This document shows, in pieces, positions 1 through 11,584 of a DNA stretch of 64,000 nucleotides. The DNA comes from Rebecca billardiae RCC1528 (taxonomy: Eukaryota; Protista; Haptophyta). The position numbers and the translations under genes are program-made. The notes beneath the pieces were generated by a model, which saw only the letters and a program-made list of their open reading frames with translations, was not told where the DNA came from and did no database searches. Positions within the stretch are counted from its first letter, which is position 1, and each line of letters opens with the position of its first letter. Where the stretch lies: assembly GCA_965240325.2 (NCBI GenBank), contig OZ251224.1, positions 1,922,001 to 1,986,000 on the forward strand. The letters run 5' to 3'.

Positions 1-805
1 CGATGGGGGACGCCGGGTAGGAGGGCTCCAGGTGGCCGACGCTCGTGCTCGGCTCCTCGTTCGCGCCTCGCAGCGCCGCCTCGCCGCTCTCCGGCGCCGC
101 CACCTCGTGCGCGCGCGCGCGCCGGCTGTGCCACAGCTGCGCGAGTGAGCAGCCGTCAATCAGCAGCCCCGCGATTGCAAAGCCGAGGATGATGCGCGCG
201 TCGACGTCGAACGCGGAGGAGGGCTCGTCGCCCGACGCGTGGGCGAGCCGAAGCAGCTCGGACCCCGCGTGCACCGCGCTCGGGATCGTGATCGCCCACA
301 GCGCCAGCATCGACACCCCGGACACGACCAGGTCGATTAACTCGCGCTCGCGCACCGAGCGGCCGGGCGAGCACTCGGCCCACAGGTTGCCCATGTAGGT
401 GAGCACGTCGACGAGCATCGACGCCGCGTCGATCAGCAGCGCGAGGGAGCCGGCGATCCACGCGCCGACGAACTGCGCGAGCGTGATCGACGCGAAGAGG
501 ACGAGCGTGAGGAAGATGGCGCGAGCGCGTGGCGCACACCGCGTGAGCCGCATGAGTGCGCGAATGCGCACGCGGGTGCGGCAGCGCAGCTTCGGGCCGC
601 AGCGGCGCCGCCTGGGCGGTCGTTCGAATGGCCCGCTCGAAGACGCGACGGGCAACGAGCCCGTCGACCCCGGCAGCGTCGGCAACGCCGGACGCGCACT
701 CGCGGACACGACGGGCAGCGAGCCGGTGGATCGCGCACCGATCGACGTGCCTGTCGGTCGCAGCGCTGGTGAGGCGGGCGGCGATGGCGATGGCACCAGC
801 GGCAT
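1..805 (-). CDS. Cation diffusion facilitator (ZnT/SLC30-like) metal transporter, 5' part; runs off the window
   Basis: Hand translation from ATG 805 gives AIFLTLVLFASITLAQFVGAWIAGSLALLIDAASMLVDVLTYMGNLWAE...RELIDLVVSGVS..., matching CDF TM1-TM3 (SLALxxDAxxMxxD). Absent from the ORF track because there is no stop in the window. Confidence 0.75.
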   Translation of the reverse strand, partial: MPLVPSPSPPASPALRPTGTSIGARSTGSLPVVSASARPALPTLPGSTGSLPVASSSGPFERPPRRRRCGPKLRCRTRVRIRALMRLTRCAPRARAIFLTLVLFASITLAQFVGAWIAGSLALLIDAASMLVDVLTYMGNLWAECSPGRSVRERELIDLVVSGVSMLALWAITIPSAVHAGSELLRLAHASGDEPSSAFDVDARIILGFAIAGLLIDGCSLAQLWHSRRARAHEVAAPESGEAALRGANEEPSTSVGHLEPSYPASPI

Positions 806-961
806 GGCGTGAGCACGTTTCAGCTGCTAGCCGAGCCCCGTCGAGCCCACGATTCGCGGTGCTGCAGGTTCCACCGGCCCTTCCGAGCGTTGACAGGAAC
901 GGATCAATGGCGGCTGCTCACAGCGCGAGAGCCGACGAGGAACACAGCTCACTTGGTTCGG

Positions 962-2065
962 CCAAGGGTGTCCAGGGTCCGCAACAGCCAGTGCGCAGCG
1001 CGGCAGAGGCTGTGACATCGCGAGGTCGCCGCTCGCCAGTGGGACTCGCCCGCCCGCCGCCGTGCACGGCGGCGGAGCCGCTCGCGCCGTGCGCTCCTGC
1101 GGCCGTCGGATCGGGCTGCGTAGGCGGCGCGCGGCGTGGGCCGTCGCAGAGCCACCCAGCGCCCCTCGCTGCGCCGCGCGCCTTCCTCGTCCTCGCCTCC
1201 TTCGCGCCTTGAAGCAGCACGCACACGCGCGGCGCCGCCACAAAAGCAGCGCAGGCGCTCGCGTGCAAGCAGCGCGCGACGGGCTCGACTCGGGGCTCGC
1301 GCCGCTGCGGGGGCATGCAGCACCATCCCATGCGCGCGCGACGCCACCTCGAGCCTGCGCATCGCTGTGACCGTCACGCGCCAAATGCTCACACGTCCTC
1401 GTGTTGAAGTAGGCCCAATCTGACCAGAACCTGCCATGCGTCAGGACAACTTCTTAGGCAAGACACGATGACAGCTACGTACGCGGCGCTTCTCAGCACG
1501 CGTGGAGACCACAAGAGAAGCGCACGCAAGCATGACCGTCTCCGCATCGATCGCGTCGACGCCCTCAAGGCCCGTTGTGGAAGCTTCCGTCGCACGTGTG
1601 ATGATGCCAAGTCAGACCATTTTGTAACGTGCATCAGCGTGCACTGACGGTCAAACGCGCAGGCTCGAGGTGGCGTCGCGCGCGCATGGGATGGTGCTGC
1701 ATGCCCCCGCAGCGGCGCGAGCCCCGAGTCGAGCCCGTCGCGCTGCGCGCGCGCACGCTTGCACGCGAGCGCCTGCGCTGCTTTTGTGGCGGCGCCGCGC
1801 GTGTGCGTGCTGCTTCAAGGCGCGGAGGAGGCGAGGACGAGGAAGGCGCGCGGCGCAGCGAGGGGCGCTGGGTGGCTCTGCGACGGCCCACGCCGCGCGC
1901 CGCCTACGCAGCCCGATCCGACGGCCGCAGGAGCGCACGGCGCGAGCGGCTCCGCCGCCGTGCACGGCGGCGGGCGGGCGAGTCCCACTGGCGAGCGGCG
2001 ACCTCGCGATGTCACAGCCTCTGCCGCGCTGCGCACTGGCTGTTGCGGACCCTGGACACCCTTGG
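962..2065. mobile_element. Non-autonomous foldback (long-TIR) DNA transposon 1
   Basis: Inverted repeats 962-1360 and 1657-2065 (~400 bp, ends CCAAGGGTGTCC...GGACACCCTTGG) around a ~300-bp spacer. Flanking direct repeat TTCGG extends to CTTGGTTCGG (952-961, 2061-2070), so the exact end and TSD length are ambiguous. No transposase. Confidence 0.8.
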
Positions 2066-2135
2066 TTCGGCTGCGCCAGCGCGCGCCTCGCCGGCCACGC
2101 AAGGGCCGTGGCCACGGCACGCCCGGCCGGTGGTG

Positions 2136-4681
2136 CAGTGGTGCTAATCTGCCCTGAGGGCACCGTGCCCTCTGGAGGGCACCGTGCCCTCGTGGGGCTC
2201 TGAGGGCACGGTGCCCTCGCGGGACGCAGCCTCGCACTGCGCGGCGCGCCGCGATGAGTTCGAGTGGTGGACGGGGGTGCATCGGGTGCTAGTGACGGTA
2301 CGATGGGCCGCGACGAGCCCACCATCACCCAGTGATCTCGTGCGGTGCCAGCTCGCCCTCCTCCTCGTCGTCACTCGCACTGGCACCACGTCGCGCGCGC
2401 GCGCATGGCTTGCCTTGCGCGCGCTGTGTTCACGCGCAGTCTGCTTGGCAGCAGGGCGACCGTGGCTGGTGGTTGCGGTCGCGGATGATTGGAGTGTGTG
2501 CAGCTGCGCTACATCCGCACGCGACCCGCCCGTCCTCGTCGAGCGCTGGAGAGACACGCGTGTCGCGCATGCACTCGAGTGGAAGCAGGAGAGCGGCACG
2601 CGAGCTTGGCTGCGCGCGCACGACAAGGTGCGCCAACACACAGCTCCTCCCGCCATAAGCACCAGCTACGCACACACCCCTTCCGCGCTGCCTGACCTGC
2701 GAGGCCGCCGCGGTGCGGACACTGCGTGAGACACCCACGGTCAGCGGCCACGGCTGACACTGGTCAACAGCTCATGCAGCCGTTGCTGCAGCTTCGATTG
2801 CAACAGCAGCAGCGCTGGTGGCAGTCAACCCCATCGCTGTCGCTGGCGTAACCACCCTCGGCGCCATAGCGCCCACGGCACCAGCAGCCCTTGCACGTCC
2901 AGCAGCTGCGGCACGTCGCTCGGCTGAGTGGCGGCAATACGGACTAGGTTGTCGTCCGAGCAGCCGCGCGGGCAGCTCCATGACCTTGGGGCGCCCTGTC
3001 GCTGCATGCCGCTCCAAGCGTCTGCTGTAGCTGCTGCGGCTGAGACAGCAACTGCTATTGCTCGCGATGGCAGCTTCACCGCAGCTGTACCATCAGCATC
3101 ATCAGTTGTGACTTACTTAGAACGCGATGTGGCAATAAATGGGATTTCCGCCGTTTTTTTCGCTCGATGGATTTGAATAATAAATGAAAATCCCGCTGTG
3201 ACCTTGGAGACTTGGAGACTTGATGTGTGCACACACTTGACGTGGCGGCTGTGCTGCAGGGCTCACACGGGACGTCGGCGCATGGAGCCTGGGGAGCTCT
3301 TATCCGCAGAGGCGTGGTAGGCGTGCTCCACCCCGCACGCAGCCCAGCGCTGTAGCAGCCGCTTCCGCGTACTCGCACTTTGGCGGTGGTGCCAAGGCCG
3401 CGCGCCGCTCGCCTGACGGCATCGCCGCAGCAGCGCGGTCCCACGCGCATGCGGACTGGCGCGGCAATGGCGGTGGGGTTCGCAACGTGCAAGGCGTCAG
3501 CGGCTCGGCACCGGGTCCACCCGGCTGCAGCAGTAGCACCGTCGGCGCTCGCGGCGCATGCGGCGTCAGGCGCTCACCAAGCGGCGTGTCGGGCGGGTGC
3601 GGATGCAGCTGCCGGAACCAGGGCGCCGGGTATGCACGCGGCTGCAGCTCGCCCCAGCGCGCACTCGCAGGCAGTGAAGTCGGCCGCCCTGCCGGCCGGA
3701 TTCGTAGGCGCTCGCTTGGCGGCTGCCGGCGCGCGACAAGCCAGAGCACGAGTAAAGCATCCGCACCGCCACGGCGGTGGTGACAGAGAGCACGACCACG
3801 GGCGGTGGTGCCGCCGATGCAGCGAGCGCGAGCTCGAGCGCGGCCGTGAACGGTGCAAGCAGCGTCAGCGGCGCGCGGAGCGATCAAGCCCGCCGTTCCA
3901 AGAGGAACAAGGGCGGCATTGCGGGAGGGTAGGGGCACCGGCAGACAGCAGCGATTTCGCGCCATCGCTGATCGGACTGACATGGCTAGCCGGTCGATGT
4001 GGCCATTGCTCGCGAGAGTATGCTATGAGCCAGATTGCTGTGCAGCACGCGACCGTGTCAGCCGTGGCCGCTGACCGTGGGTGTCTCACGCAGTGTCCGC
4101 ACCGCGGCGGCCTCGCAGGTCAGGCAGCGCGGAAGGGGTGTGTGCGTAGCTGGTGCTCATGGCGGGAGGAGCTGTGTGTTGGAGCACCTTGTCGTGCGCG
4201 CGCAGCCAAGCTCGCGTGCCGCTCTCCTGCTTCCACTCGAGTGCATGCGCGACACGCGTGTCTCTCCAGCGCTCGACGAGGACGGGCGGGTCGCGTGCGG
4301 ATGTAGCGTAGCTGCACACACTCCAATCATCCGCGACCGCAACCACCAGCCACGGTCGCCCTGCTGCCAAGCAGACTGCGCGTGAACACAGCGCGCGCAA
4401 GGCAAGCCATGCGCGCGCGCGCGCGACGTGGTGCCAGTGCGAGTGACGACGAGGAGGAGGGCGAGCTGGCACCGCACGAGATCACTGGGTGATGGTGGGC
4501 TCGTCGCGGCCCATCGTACCGTCACTAGCACCCGATGCACCCCCGTCCACCACTCGAACTCATCGCGGCGCGCCGCGCAGTGCGAGGCTGCGTCCCGCGA
4601 GGGCACCGTGCCCTCAGAGCCCCACGAGGGCACGGTGCCCTCCAGAGGGCACGGTGCCCTCAGGGCAGATTAGCACCACTG
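2136..4681. mobile_element. Non-autonomous foldback (long-TIR) DNA transposon 2 with 9-bp TSD (MULE/hAT-like)
   Basis: Inverted repeats 2136-2760 and 4055-4681 (~625 bp, ends CAGTGGTGCTAA...TTAGCACCACTG). Exact 9-bp direct repeat CCGGTGGTG at 2127-2135 and 4682-4690. The 1.3-kb interior has no transposase. Confidence 0.88.
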
Positions 4682-4783
4682 CCGGTGGTGGGACTGGCGA
4701 CCTCCCTTGGACTGGCAGTGGCTGGCAGGATCGAGCGATCCCTCCAGCCTCAAGGTCGCGATCCGCCGCCCGCCGCCGCAATC

Positions 4784-5894
4784 ATGCGTAGCATGCGGCC
4801 GTGCGCGGCGGTCCTCCTGCTCATCGCGGCCCGCCCAGTGGAGCTGAGACGGTGTCGCCGCACGCACACGTGCCCACCATCGTCGCCACCGCCCTCGCCA
4901 CCCCCGCCGCACCCGCCGCCGCTGCCGCCGAGCCCGCCACTTCCGCCGGCGGCGTTTGGGTTGTACATGAAGGGCACGTCTTGTGGGCACCGCGTGGCCG
5001 TGGAGGGGCGCATGACCCTACCCAAGTGCCAGCTCGCGGTTCGCCAGGGCCCCGCGACCGAGTACTTCTCCTACGGCGGCGGCCGTTGGCCCATCTGCCT
5101 GGCGTGCCCCGCCAGCTTTGTCGAGCAGCCCGGGTTGCTCTCGTGGCACTCAGACATCAACATCTACATCACCGAGCTGCCCTCGCCGCCGCCTGCATCC
5201 CCGCCGCCGCACAGCCCGCCTACTGGGCCACCCCATCTGCCACCGCCACCACCGCCGCCGCCCTCGAAGCCGCCGCCTCCGCGTGCACCGCCCCCGCTGC
5301 CGCCCGCGCCACCGCCGGGCGCGGCTGCCAAGCTGGGCATGGTGAGGGCTGGCTCTGCATGCGGCTCGTTCTCGACCGGCTTCGTCGTGTACATGCCCTC
5401 GGCGGCCGCGTGCGCGCAGTTCATCGCGTCCGACGACTTCCAGTCCCGGCACGACGGTCAGCCCGTCGACTTCATCGCGTACGGCGACGTGACCCAGCGC
5501 GGCCAGTGCTTTGCATGCACGGCGGAGCAGGCGCGCCACTCGATCGACCGCCACGGCTGGGACGTGTTCGACATGGCGGCGTTCGTCTCCGCGGGGCGCG
5601 TGAAGCCGCCGCGCGCCAGCGGCGCGACTGTGCTACCGGACGCACAGCGCCGCCTTGGCGAGGTGGCATACACGTGCCTGCAGAGCGCGCTGGACGCGCA
5701 CTGCTACCACGGCGTGCGCGAGGGCACGGTCGCGCGCCGAGCCGGACCGGACGGGCGATGGGTGTGCTCCGCCGGCGTGGATGGGCGCAGCATCCAGCCG
5801 GAGTGCGTCACGCCGGCTGGGCGCCCAGCTCGTTGCCCCGCCGCGCTCAGGGGGACCGCGTTCAACGCGACCGTCGATGCACAACTCGCAGAGC
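4784..5894 (+). pseudogene. Host Pro-rich type-I membrane/surface protein, 5' portion, interrupted by the PLV
   Basis: MRSMRPCAAVLLLIAA signal-like start; two poly-Pro stalks alternating with Cys-containing modules. The frame runs into the left PLV TIR at ...VDAQLAE. Confidence 0.7.
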
Positions 5895-6076
5895 GTGTGT
5901 GGGGGTATACGGTGCCGCCACCCCACCCCGCCTCCCCAGCCCTCCTCCGAGCCTTCGTCATCCCCGATTCTCAGTCGACCCCCGCCGAGCCTTCGTCATC
6001 CCCGATTCTCAGTCGACCCCCGCCGAGCCTTCGGTGCCACCACCCCGCCGAGCCTTCGGTGCCACCACCCCGCCGC
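5895..6076 (+). repeat. PLV left terminal inverted repeat (182 bp)
   Basis: GTGTGTGGGGGTATACGGTGCCGCC... is the reverse complement of 21594-21775. Contains 2x38-bp and 2x25-bp internal direct repeats starting GAGCCTTCG. Confidence 0.95.
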
Positions 6077-6186
6077 CGCCGCCACGCCGCCGCCACCCCA
6101 ACCCCCTGCCACCGCCCGCCACGCCGCCACCGCGTTTATTTCGGTGCAATATAAAATCTTACGCACGTGTATAATACTGACCTATC

Positions 6187-6840
6187 ATGCCCTGGCGTGT
6201 GACTTGCGAAGCACGCACCGGAGCACCCGGCTTCGCCGACGACGAGGAATACGAGTCACGCTGGTTCGTGGACCTCACGGACGCACTCCGCCACTTGATC
6301 CACTTCCACCCTTCTGAGCGCTGGCACTGCGTCCGCCACGCCACGGTGCGCTTCGAGTACTCGGGCGGTCGGGCATGCAAATATAGTGACGGACTCATTT
6401 TCTACGGCAACAGCCTCAGGGACCTCGGCGTGAGCGAGCGCACCTTTGACGACGCGTTCGAGCAGGCGCTCGGCATCAAGCCGGTCACGCTGGAGCGGAA
6501 GAACAACGTGTTCGTACCAATCGACACGAACGCTTCCTCCGGCCGTCATCGCCTCACGCAAGAGACCATCAAGCAAAAGTCAAGGCGCTTGCTTCCTCCG
6601 GAGGAAGAATTGGAGGCGCACAGAGAGGAGAACATCGAGTGCTCCGAATGCAACCGCGAGGTGCCATTCGAGCTCTTCGCCTTCCGCCGCCGCCGAGGCG
6701 GCAGCGTGACGCGCACGATGAACTGTTACGAGTGCCACCTCGAGCAGGTGCGCATCCGCCGGGCGCGATTCGTGAGCAAGGGCGCATCCTCGGCGGAGCG
6801 CGACGCTCAAATAAAATCGGCGATTCGCGCCGCCGCCTAG
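6187..6840 (+). CDS. PLV hypothetical protein with C-terminal CxxC...CxxC zinc ribbon
   Basis: 217-aa ORF containing CSEC...CYEC and a basic RRRR stretch; AT-rich upstream spacer. Confidence 0.7.
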   Translation: MPWRVTCEARTGAPGFADDEEYESRWFVDLTDALRHLIHFHPSERWHCVRHATVRFEYSGGRACKYSDGLIFYGNSLRDLGVSERTFDDAFEQALGIKPVTLERKNNVFVPIDTNASSGRHRLTQETIKQKSRRLLPPEEELEAHREENIECSECNREVPFELFAFRRRRGGSVTRTMNCYECHLEQVRIRRARFVSKGASSAERDAQIKSAIRAAA

Positions 6841-6953
6841 GGGAAAAATCGGCGATCCGCGCCGAGTCGGCGTAGGGAGAAACGTACGCGCGTTATTCTG
6901 GCGCCAAATAAAAATGTCAACCACCATCATAACACAAAATCCTCGCTTGTAGT

Positions 6954-9900
6954 ATGATGAACGTTGATGAGCTCATCCGAAATGCCCGCGCGCGCCTCAA
7001 CGAGCGCACCCCTCGCATCGAAATTCCGATCACGAGCCGCCTAGGCGCTACCGCAGCAGCACGCACGAACTCCATCGCGAGAGCATTCCAGTCTCCGCCG
7101 GGCACCCCCAACTCGACGCCAGCCACCGGCCTCCGCTCCACCAGCCGCTCGCTCAGCCAATACACGCAGGAGCAGCTCACGCGCATCCGCCAGTTCCAAG
7201 ACGCATTCGAGGGCTTCGGCATGAGTGCCCCGCAAGTCCTCGCTGGCATGATTTATCAAGACCCGTGGAGCGGTAAGCGGCGCAAGATCCCCTCCAACGG
7301 CAGGCAGCTCGACGCCCTCGCCGAGCGCGTCGCCAGCAAGATCTCCGGTCCCGCGCCCCGCCGCACGCCCGCCCGCCGCGCGCCCGACCGCGACCGCGCC
7401 GCGAGCCTCCTCCAGCGCTTCACTCGCTCCCAGCTCGCAAACCGCCTGACGGACGCCCAGCGCACGCAGCTGGAAGTCGATCGGAACCTCGCCATGCTCT
7501 CCACGAGCATGCAGGATCGATACTTCGAATTTATCGACCGCAAGCGCTTTATTTTGCCGCTCAAGTGGATTCTGCACGAGAATCTTGGGCTGCTCCTGGA
7601 GCAGCAGCTGAACTACACGCCGAGCCAGCACCACCTCGGAGCGATTCTCCAGACGATTAATGCGACTATTGACGCTCGCCTGCAGGAGATACCGTACAGT
7701 CGCCTCTCGATGCACATTCGGCTCGAATCGATATTCGCGCACGCCAAGGTGACGATTAGCAAGACAAACAAGAACGGAAAGGCCGTCGAGACGTCCGAGT
7801 TCACCTGGGAGGCGGACCCCTTCGCGTTGACCATGCACGAGGTCGCTCAGCTCAAGACCCGCGAGGAGATTAGGCTCCACGCGCGCGCCTTCAAAAACCA
7901 GAACGACCAGTACAATCCGACCGCCTTGAACAAGGGCTTCTACGAGTTTGGCGTGGTCACCGCGGGCGCGAAGGAGCTCGACAACTCGACGGCGCGCCTG
8001 GTCATCGACAAGGGCAATCCCGAGGACGTGCAGCAGGTCAAGACCAAGGTCGCTGAGATACTCGCGCTCGTCACCTCCACGAACAACCCTCAGTACAGCG
8101 CGCGGCGATTTGTGGGCCTCCTCAGCTTTGACGTGGACACCTATCCGATCAATGCCGTCCGCCAGCAGGGCTCGTCTTACGTCAAGCTCCCGCAGAAGTT
8201 TGGCGGCGGAAGCAAGGGCCTAATCAATCCCGAGAACAAGACCGACAACAAATGCTTCCTGTGGGCGTCGCTCATGCACTTTGCGAACGCAGATGGCGCC
8301 AAGAAGCAGGAGCGCACCAGCACGCTCAAGCGCTACGAGTCGATGATCACCTGGCCGGAGGAGGTCAAGTTTCCGTTCGACTGCACCGACATCCCGCGCC
8401 TCGAGGAGGCCAACCCCACCCTCACCTGGAACGTCTTCTCGCTCGAGCAAGTCAAGCGCTCCTCGGAGGACCATCACGAGCACCCCGAGGACACGGACGA
8501 GTTCAAGTACCCCATCGTGCCGATTCACACGACCACGCCGGAGAAGTACCGCGAGCGCACGCTCATCAACATCCTCGCGTACGAGGACCACTACGTCTTC
8601 GTCAAGGACCTGGACAAGCTCCTCAGCGAGCGTGCGCACAACTGCGCGCACTGCCCCATCTGCACGCGGCGCTTCAGGACCAAGGCAATCCGCGACCAGC
8701 ACACCGCGCAGTGCAACGCCAATTGGCGCCACCTGTTTCAGCCGTGGACGCTCGACGAGATTAAGAGCCAGGCGAGGACGCCGCAGGAGCTCAAGCGCAC
8801 CGAGACGGACATCACCTACTCGCAGGACACCTCCGTCGTGTGGAAGCCGGTGGTGGCGGTGGCCGACTTTGAGGCGGTCAACACGCAAGTCAACGGGGAG
8901 ACGCATCAGAAGGCGCAGTCGGTGAGCCTCAAGTTTGACTTCCAGGACGGCATGGACGCCCCTGACATGGATTGCAGCTTCATGGGTCCGGATGCGGGTG
9001 TGCGATTTTTGCACGCGCTGCTCGACGCCACCCCCAAGATCCGCGACGCGTGCTCGCGCTACAAGGACGACTTTTCAAAGGTCACCGCGGCCGACCGCGA
9101 GCACTTTGAGGCGAGCGAGACGTGCCACTTTTGCGGCGAGGCTGCCTTCGCCTCGAGCGCGGAGATTGCTCGCGCCGAAGCGGAGTACGAGCTCAAGTCG
9201 AAACTCGCGCCGGAGGAAAAGGACGAGTTGAAGCGCGCGCTCGAGGAGGTCCGAGCCAAGCGCAAGGTGCTCGACCACTGCCACTGCACGGGCCTCTACC
9301 GCGGCGCGGCACACTCGCGGTGCAACCTCAAGCACGGCACGCCGAGTCTCATCAGCAGCATACCGGTCTACTTTCATAACATGTCCTACGACTCGCAGCT
9401 CATCATGCAGGCGCTCTCCGACGTGAGCGTTCAGGCGCGCATCAAGGAGCACAAGGTCCGTATGAATGCAATGGTGATCAACTCCGAGCGCTTCAAGACG
9501 CTCGAGATCGGGGCCTTCCGCATCCTCGACTCGATGACTTTTCTGGGTGGAAGCTTGGCGGAATCTCTGAAGAATCTGCCCTCAGAGGACAAGCACTCGC
9601 TGCGCCGGGCGGCCAACGAGCACGCCGAGCGCTTCGGCAAGGACCCGGATGCGGTCTTCGAGGCCTTCAAGCACAAGCAAGTCTTCCCGTACGAGTTCGA
9701 TTGGCACCAGCACCTCGACGAGCCCATCAGCGCAGATCCTCAGTTCTTCGGCTCCAAGCTGAGCGAAGGCTACGGCAAAACCGACGAGGAGCTGGAAGAG
9801 CGCCTGGAGGCCGAGCAAAAGGAGCTCGAGGAGAGCCTGCCCGAGCGCATGAGCCGCCTGCAGGAGGCAACCGGCATCGTCACGTGGCGCGATCTCCACG

Positions 9901-11534
9901 ATCTGTACCTCAGCATTGACGTCTGCGGGCTCCAAGATTGCATGCGTGCCTTCCGCAAGACCTCGATGAACACCTACGGCCTCGATCCTGCGTACTGCAT
10001 CTCCAACTCGCAATTCGCGTGGAAGGCCATGCTCAAGCTCACGGGCGTGAGCCTCGAGAGCATCCCGACGAGCGACCTGTACGAGCACGCCGAGTCCGGA
10101 CTCCGCGGAGGCATGTCGATGGCACGCAACCGCATCGCGCGCGCGAACCACCCGGATCTTCCCGAATATGATCCCGCCAAAGAATTCTCAGCGATCCACG
10201 ACTTTGATGCCAACGCACTTTATGCCTCGGTGATGTCGTGGAAGCTGCCGACGGGTGGGTATAAGGATGTCGATCCGGAGCGCTTCGATGCCAACGATCC
10301 GCGCTACGGCGGGCTCCCGACGCGACCGAATCAGCCGTGCGAGGAGTGGCAGGGCGATGTGGGGGCGCTCGTGACGGTGGACATCGACTACCCTGACCGC
10401 TTGCACGACCTGCACAGCGACTACCCGCTGCTCCCCGAGGTGATGGAGGTGCCCGACGAGATGCTCTCGCCTATGCAGCGGGGCAAGCGCGCCGTCAAGA
10501 CCACCAAGCTGATTGCGCACCTTGGCTCCCGCAAAAACTACACGCTCAACGTCACGATGCTCAAGTTTGCGCTGGCGCAGGGGCTCGAGCTCACCAAGGT
10601 GCATCGGGTCGTCGAGTTCGACCAAAGCCCGTGGCTGCGACCGTGGGTGGACCTCAACACGCGGCTGCGCAAGCAGGGCAAGAATCCTTTCGAGGAGGGG
10701 TATTTCAAGCTCATGGTGAACGCGTGCTTCGGCAAGACCATGGAGCGAATCTATCACCACACGCAAGCGCGATTCATTGATAACCGAGCGGCATTCACGC
10801 GGGCCATGACGAGCCACCGGGCTCTCACCTACAAGCCGATCGCACCCGAGTTTGCGCTCGTGACGATGAGCAAGCGCGAGTACGTGCGTGACAAGCCCAT
10901 CTTCGTGGGCGCCTCGATCCTTGACTTTTCGAAGCTGTGGATGTACACGTTTTTGTATAATGTGGTCTACCCCACCTTCGGACCGAAGAACGCCCGCCTG
11001 CTCGGGACTGACACCGACTCGCTCATCATGAATTTCCGGGCGCCCTCGCACGAGGCCTATTTGGAGAAAATGCTCAGCATCCGCGACGAATGGCTGGACA
11101 TGAGCAAGTTTCCGGAGGGGCACCCGCTCTTCACGGACGCAAACCGCAAGACACCGGGCTTCTTCAAGGATGAGCTCGGCGACAATTTGGCTATAGCAGT
11201 GGCCTTTGTGCGGGCGAAGACCTACTCGATCAAGACGCTCAAGAGCCTCGAGGACGAGCTTGAGGACGTCCACCGAGCCAAGGGTGCCCCCTCCCGCTGC
11301 GTGCAAAATAGCCTCACGCACGACGACTACGAGACGACGATTTTGGAGAGTTCGAGCGTCAGTGCGCAGTACCACGATCTGCAATACAAAAATCACAACA
11401 TTGTCTTCAGCCGACGCGTGAAGAAGGTGCTCGACTGGGTCGACGATAAGGGCTACCATCTCTCGGCCGAGCGCACGATTGCCCTCAATCACTGGCGCAT
11501 CAGGGCCGGCGCCCTCGCAGCGGCGATGGACTAG
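6954..11534 (+). CDS. polB: Protein-primed family B DNA polymerase with N-terminal terminal-protein-like region, OTU-like Cys/His module and inserted endonuclease VII-like domain
   Basis: GSSYVKLP...INPENKTDNKCFLW...HYVFVK; Exo I ADFEA, Exo II FHNMSYD, Exo III YLSID; EndoVII-like CHFC...DHCHCTGLYRGAAHSRCN; polymerase motifs DANALY, KLMVNACFGK, TDTDS. Confidence 0.95.
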   Translation: MMNVDELIRNARARLNERTPRIEIPITSRLGATAAARTNSIARAFQSPPGTPNSTPATGLRSTSRSLSQYTQEQLTRIRQFQDAFEGFGMSAPQVLAGMIYQDPWSGKRRKIPSNGRQLDALAERVASKISGPAPRRTPARRAPDRDRAASLLQRFTRSQLANRLTDAQRTQLEVDRNLAMLSTSMQDRYFEFIDRKRFILPLKWILHENLGLLLEQQLNYTPSQHHLGAILQTINATIDARLQEIPYSRLSMHIRLESIFAHAKVTISKTNKNGKAVETSEFTWEADPFALTMHEVAQLKTREEIRLHARAFKNQNDQYNPTALNKGFYEFGVVTAGAKELDNSTARLVIDKGNPEDVQQVKTKVAEILALVTSTNNPQYSARRFVGLLSFDVDTYPINAVRQQGSSYVKLPQKFGGGSKGLINPENKTDNKCFLWASLMHFANADGAKKQERTSTLKRYESMITWPEEVKFPFDCTDIPRLEEANPTLTWNVFSLEQVKRSSEDHHEHPEDTDEFKYPIVPIHTTTPEKYRERTLINILAYEDHYVFVKDLDKLLSERAHNCAHCPICTRRFRTKAIRDQHTAQCNANWRHLFQPWTLDEIKSQARTPQELKRTETDITYSQDTSVVWKPVVAVADFEAVNTQVNGETHQKAQSVSLKFDFQDGMDAPDMDCSFMGPDAGVRFLHALLDATPKIRDACSRYKDDFSKVTAADREHFEASETCHFCGEAAFASSAEIARAEAEYELKSKLAPEEKDELKRALEEVRAKRKVLDHCHCTGLYRGAAHSRCNLKHGTPSLISSIPVYFHNMSYDSQLIMQALSDVSVQARIKEHKVRMNAMVINSERFKTLEIGAFRILDSMTFLGGSLAESLKNLPSEDKHSLRRAANEHAERFGKDPDAVFEAFKHKQVFPYEFDWHQHLDEPISADPQFFGSKLSEGYGKTDEELEERLEAEQKELEESLPERMSRLQEATGIVTWRDLHDLYLSIDVCGLQDCMRAFRKTSMNTYGLDPAYCISNSQFAWKAMLKLTGVSLESIPTSDLYEHAESGLRGGMSMARNRIARANHPDLPEYDPAKEFSAIHDFDANALYASVMSWKLPTGGYKDVDPERFDANDPRYGGLPTRPNQPCEEWQGDVGALVTVDIDYPDRLHDLHSDYPLLPEVMEVPDEMLSPMQRGKRAVKTTKLIAHLGSRKNYTLNVTMLKFALAQGLELTKVHRVVEFDQSPWLRPWVDLNTRLRKQGKNPFEEGYFKLMVNACFGKTMERIYHHTQARFIDNRAAFTRAMTSHRALTYKPIAPEFALVTMSKREYVRDKPIFVGASILDFSKLWMYTFLYNVVYPTFGPKNARLLGTDTDSLIMNFRAPSHEAYLEKMLSIRDEWLDMSKFPEGHPLFTDANRKTPGFFKDELGDNLAIAVAFVRAKTYSIKTLKSLEDELEDVHRAKGAPSRCVQNSLTHDDYETTILESSSVSAQYHDLQYKNHNIVFSRRVKKVLDWVDDKGYHLSAERTIALNHWRIRAGALAAAMD

Positions 11535-11584
11535 TTAGCGCGTTTTTCTCAGCTCAAATAATTTTCTCACGCACTAGTATTAAA

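Noticed and set aside
827-4673. Many Arg/Ala-rich ORFs across the foldback elements
   Set aside because: They are mirror-image translations of GC-rich inverted repeats with no domain motifs.
4535-6154. 539-aa ORF as listed in the track
   Set aside because: Chimeric: it starts inside the foldback TIR and ends inside the PLV TIR. The host part is 4784-5894.
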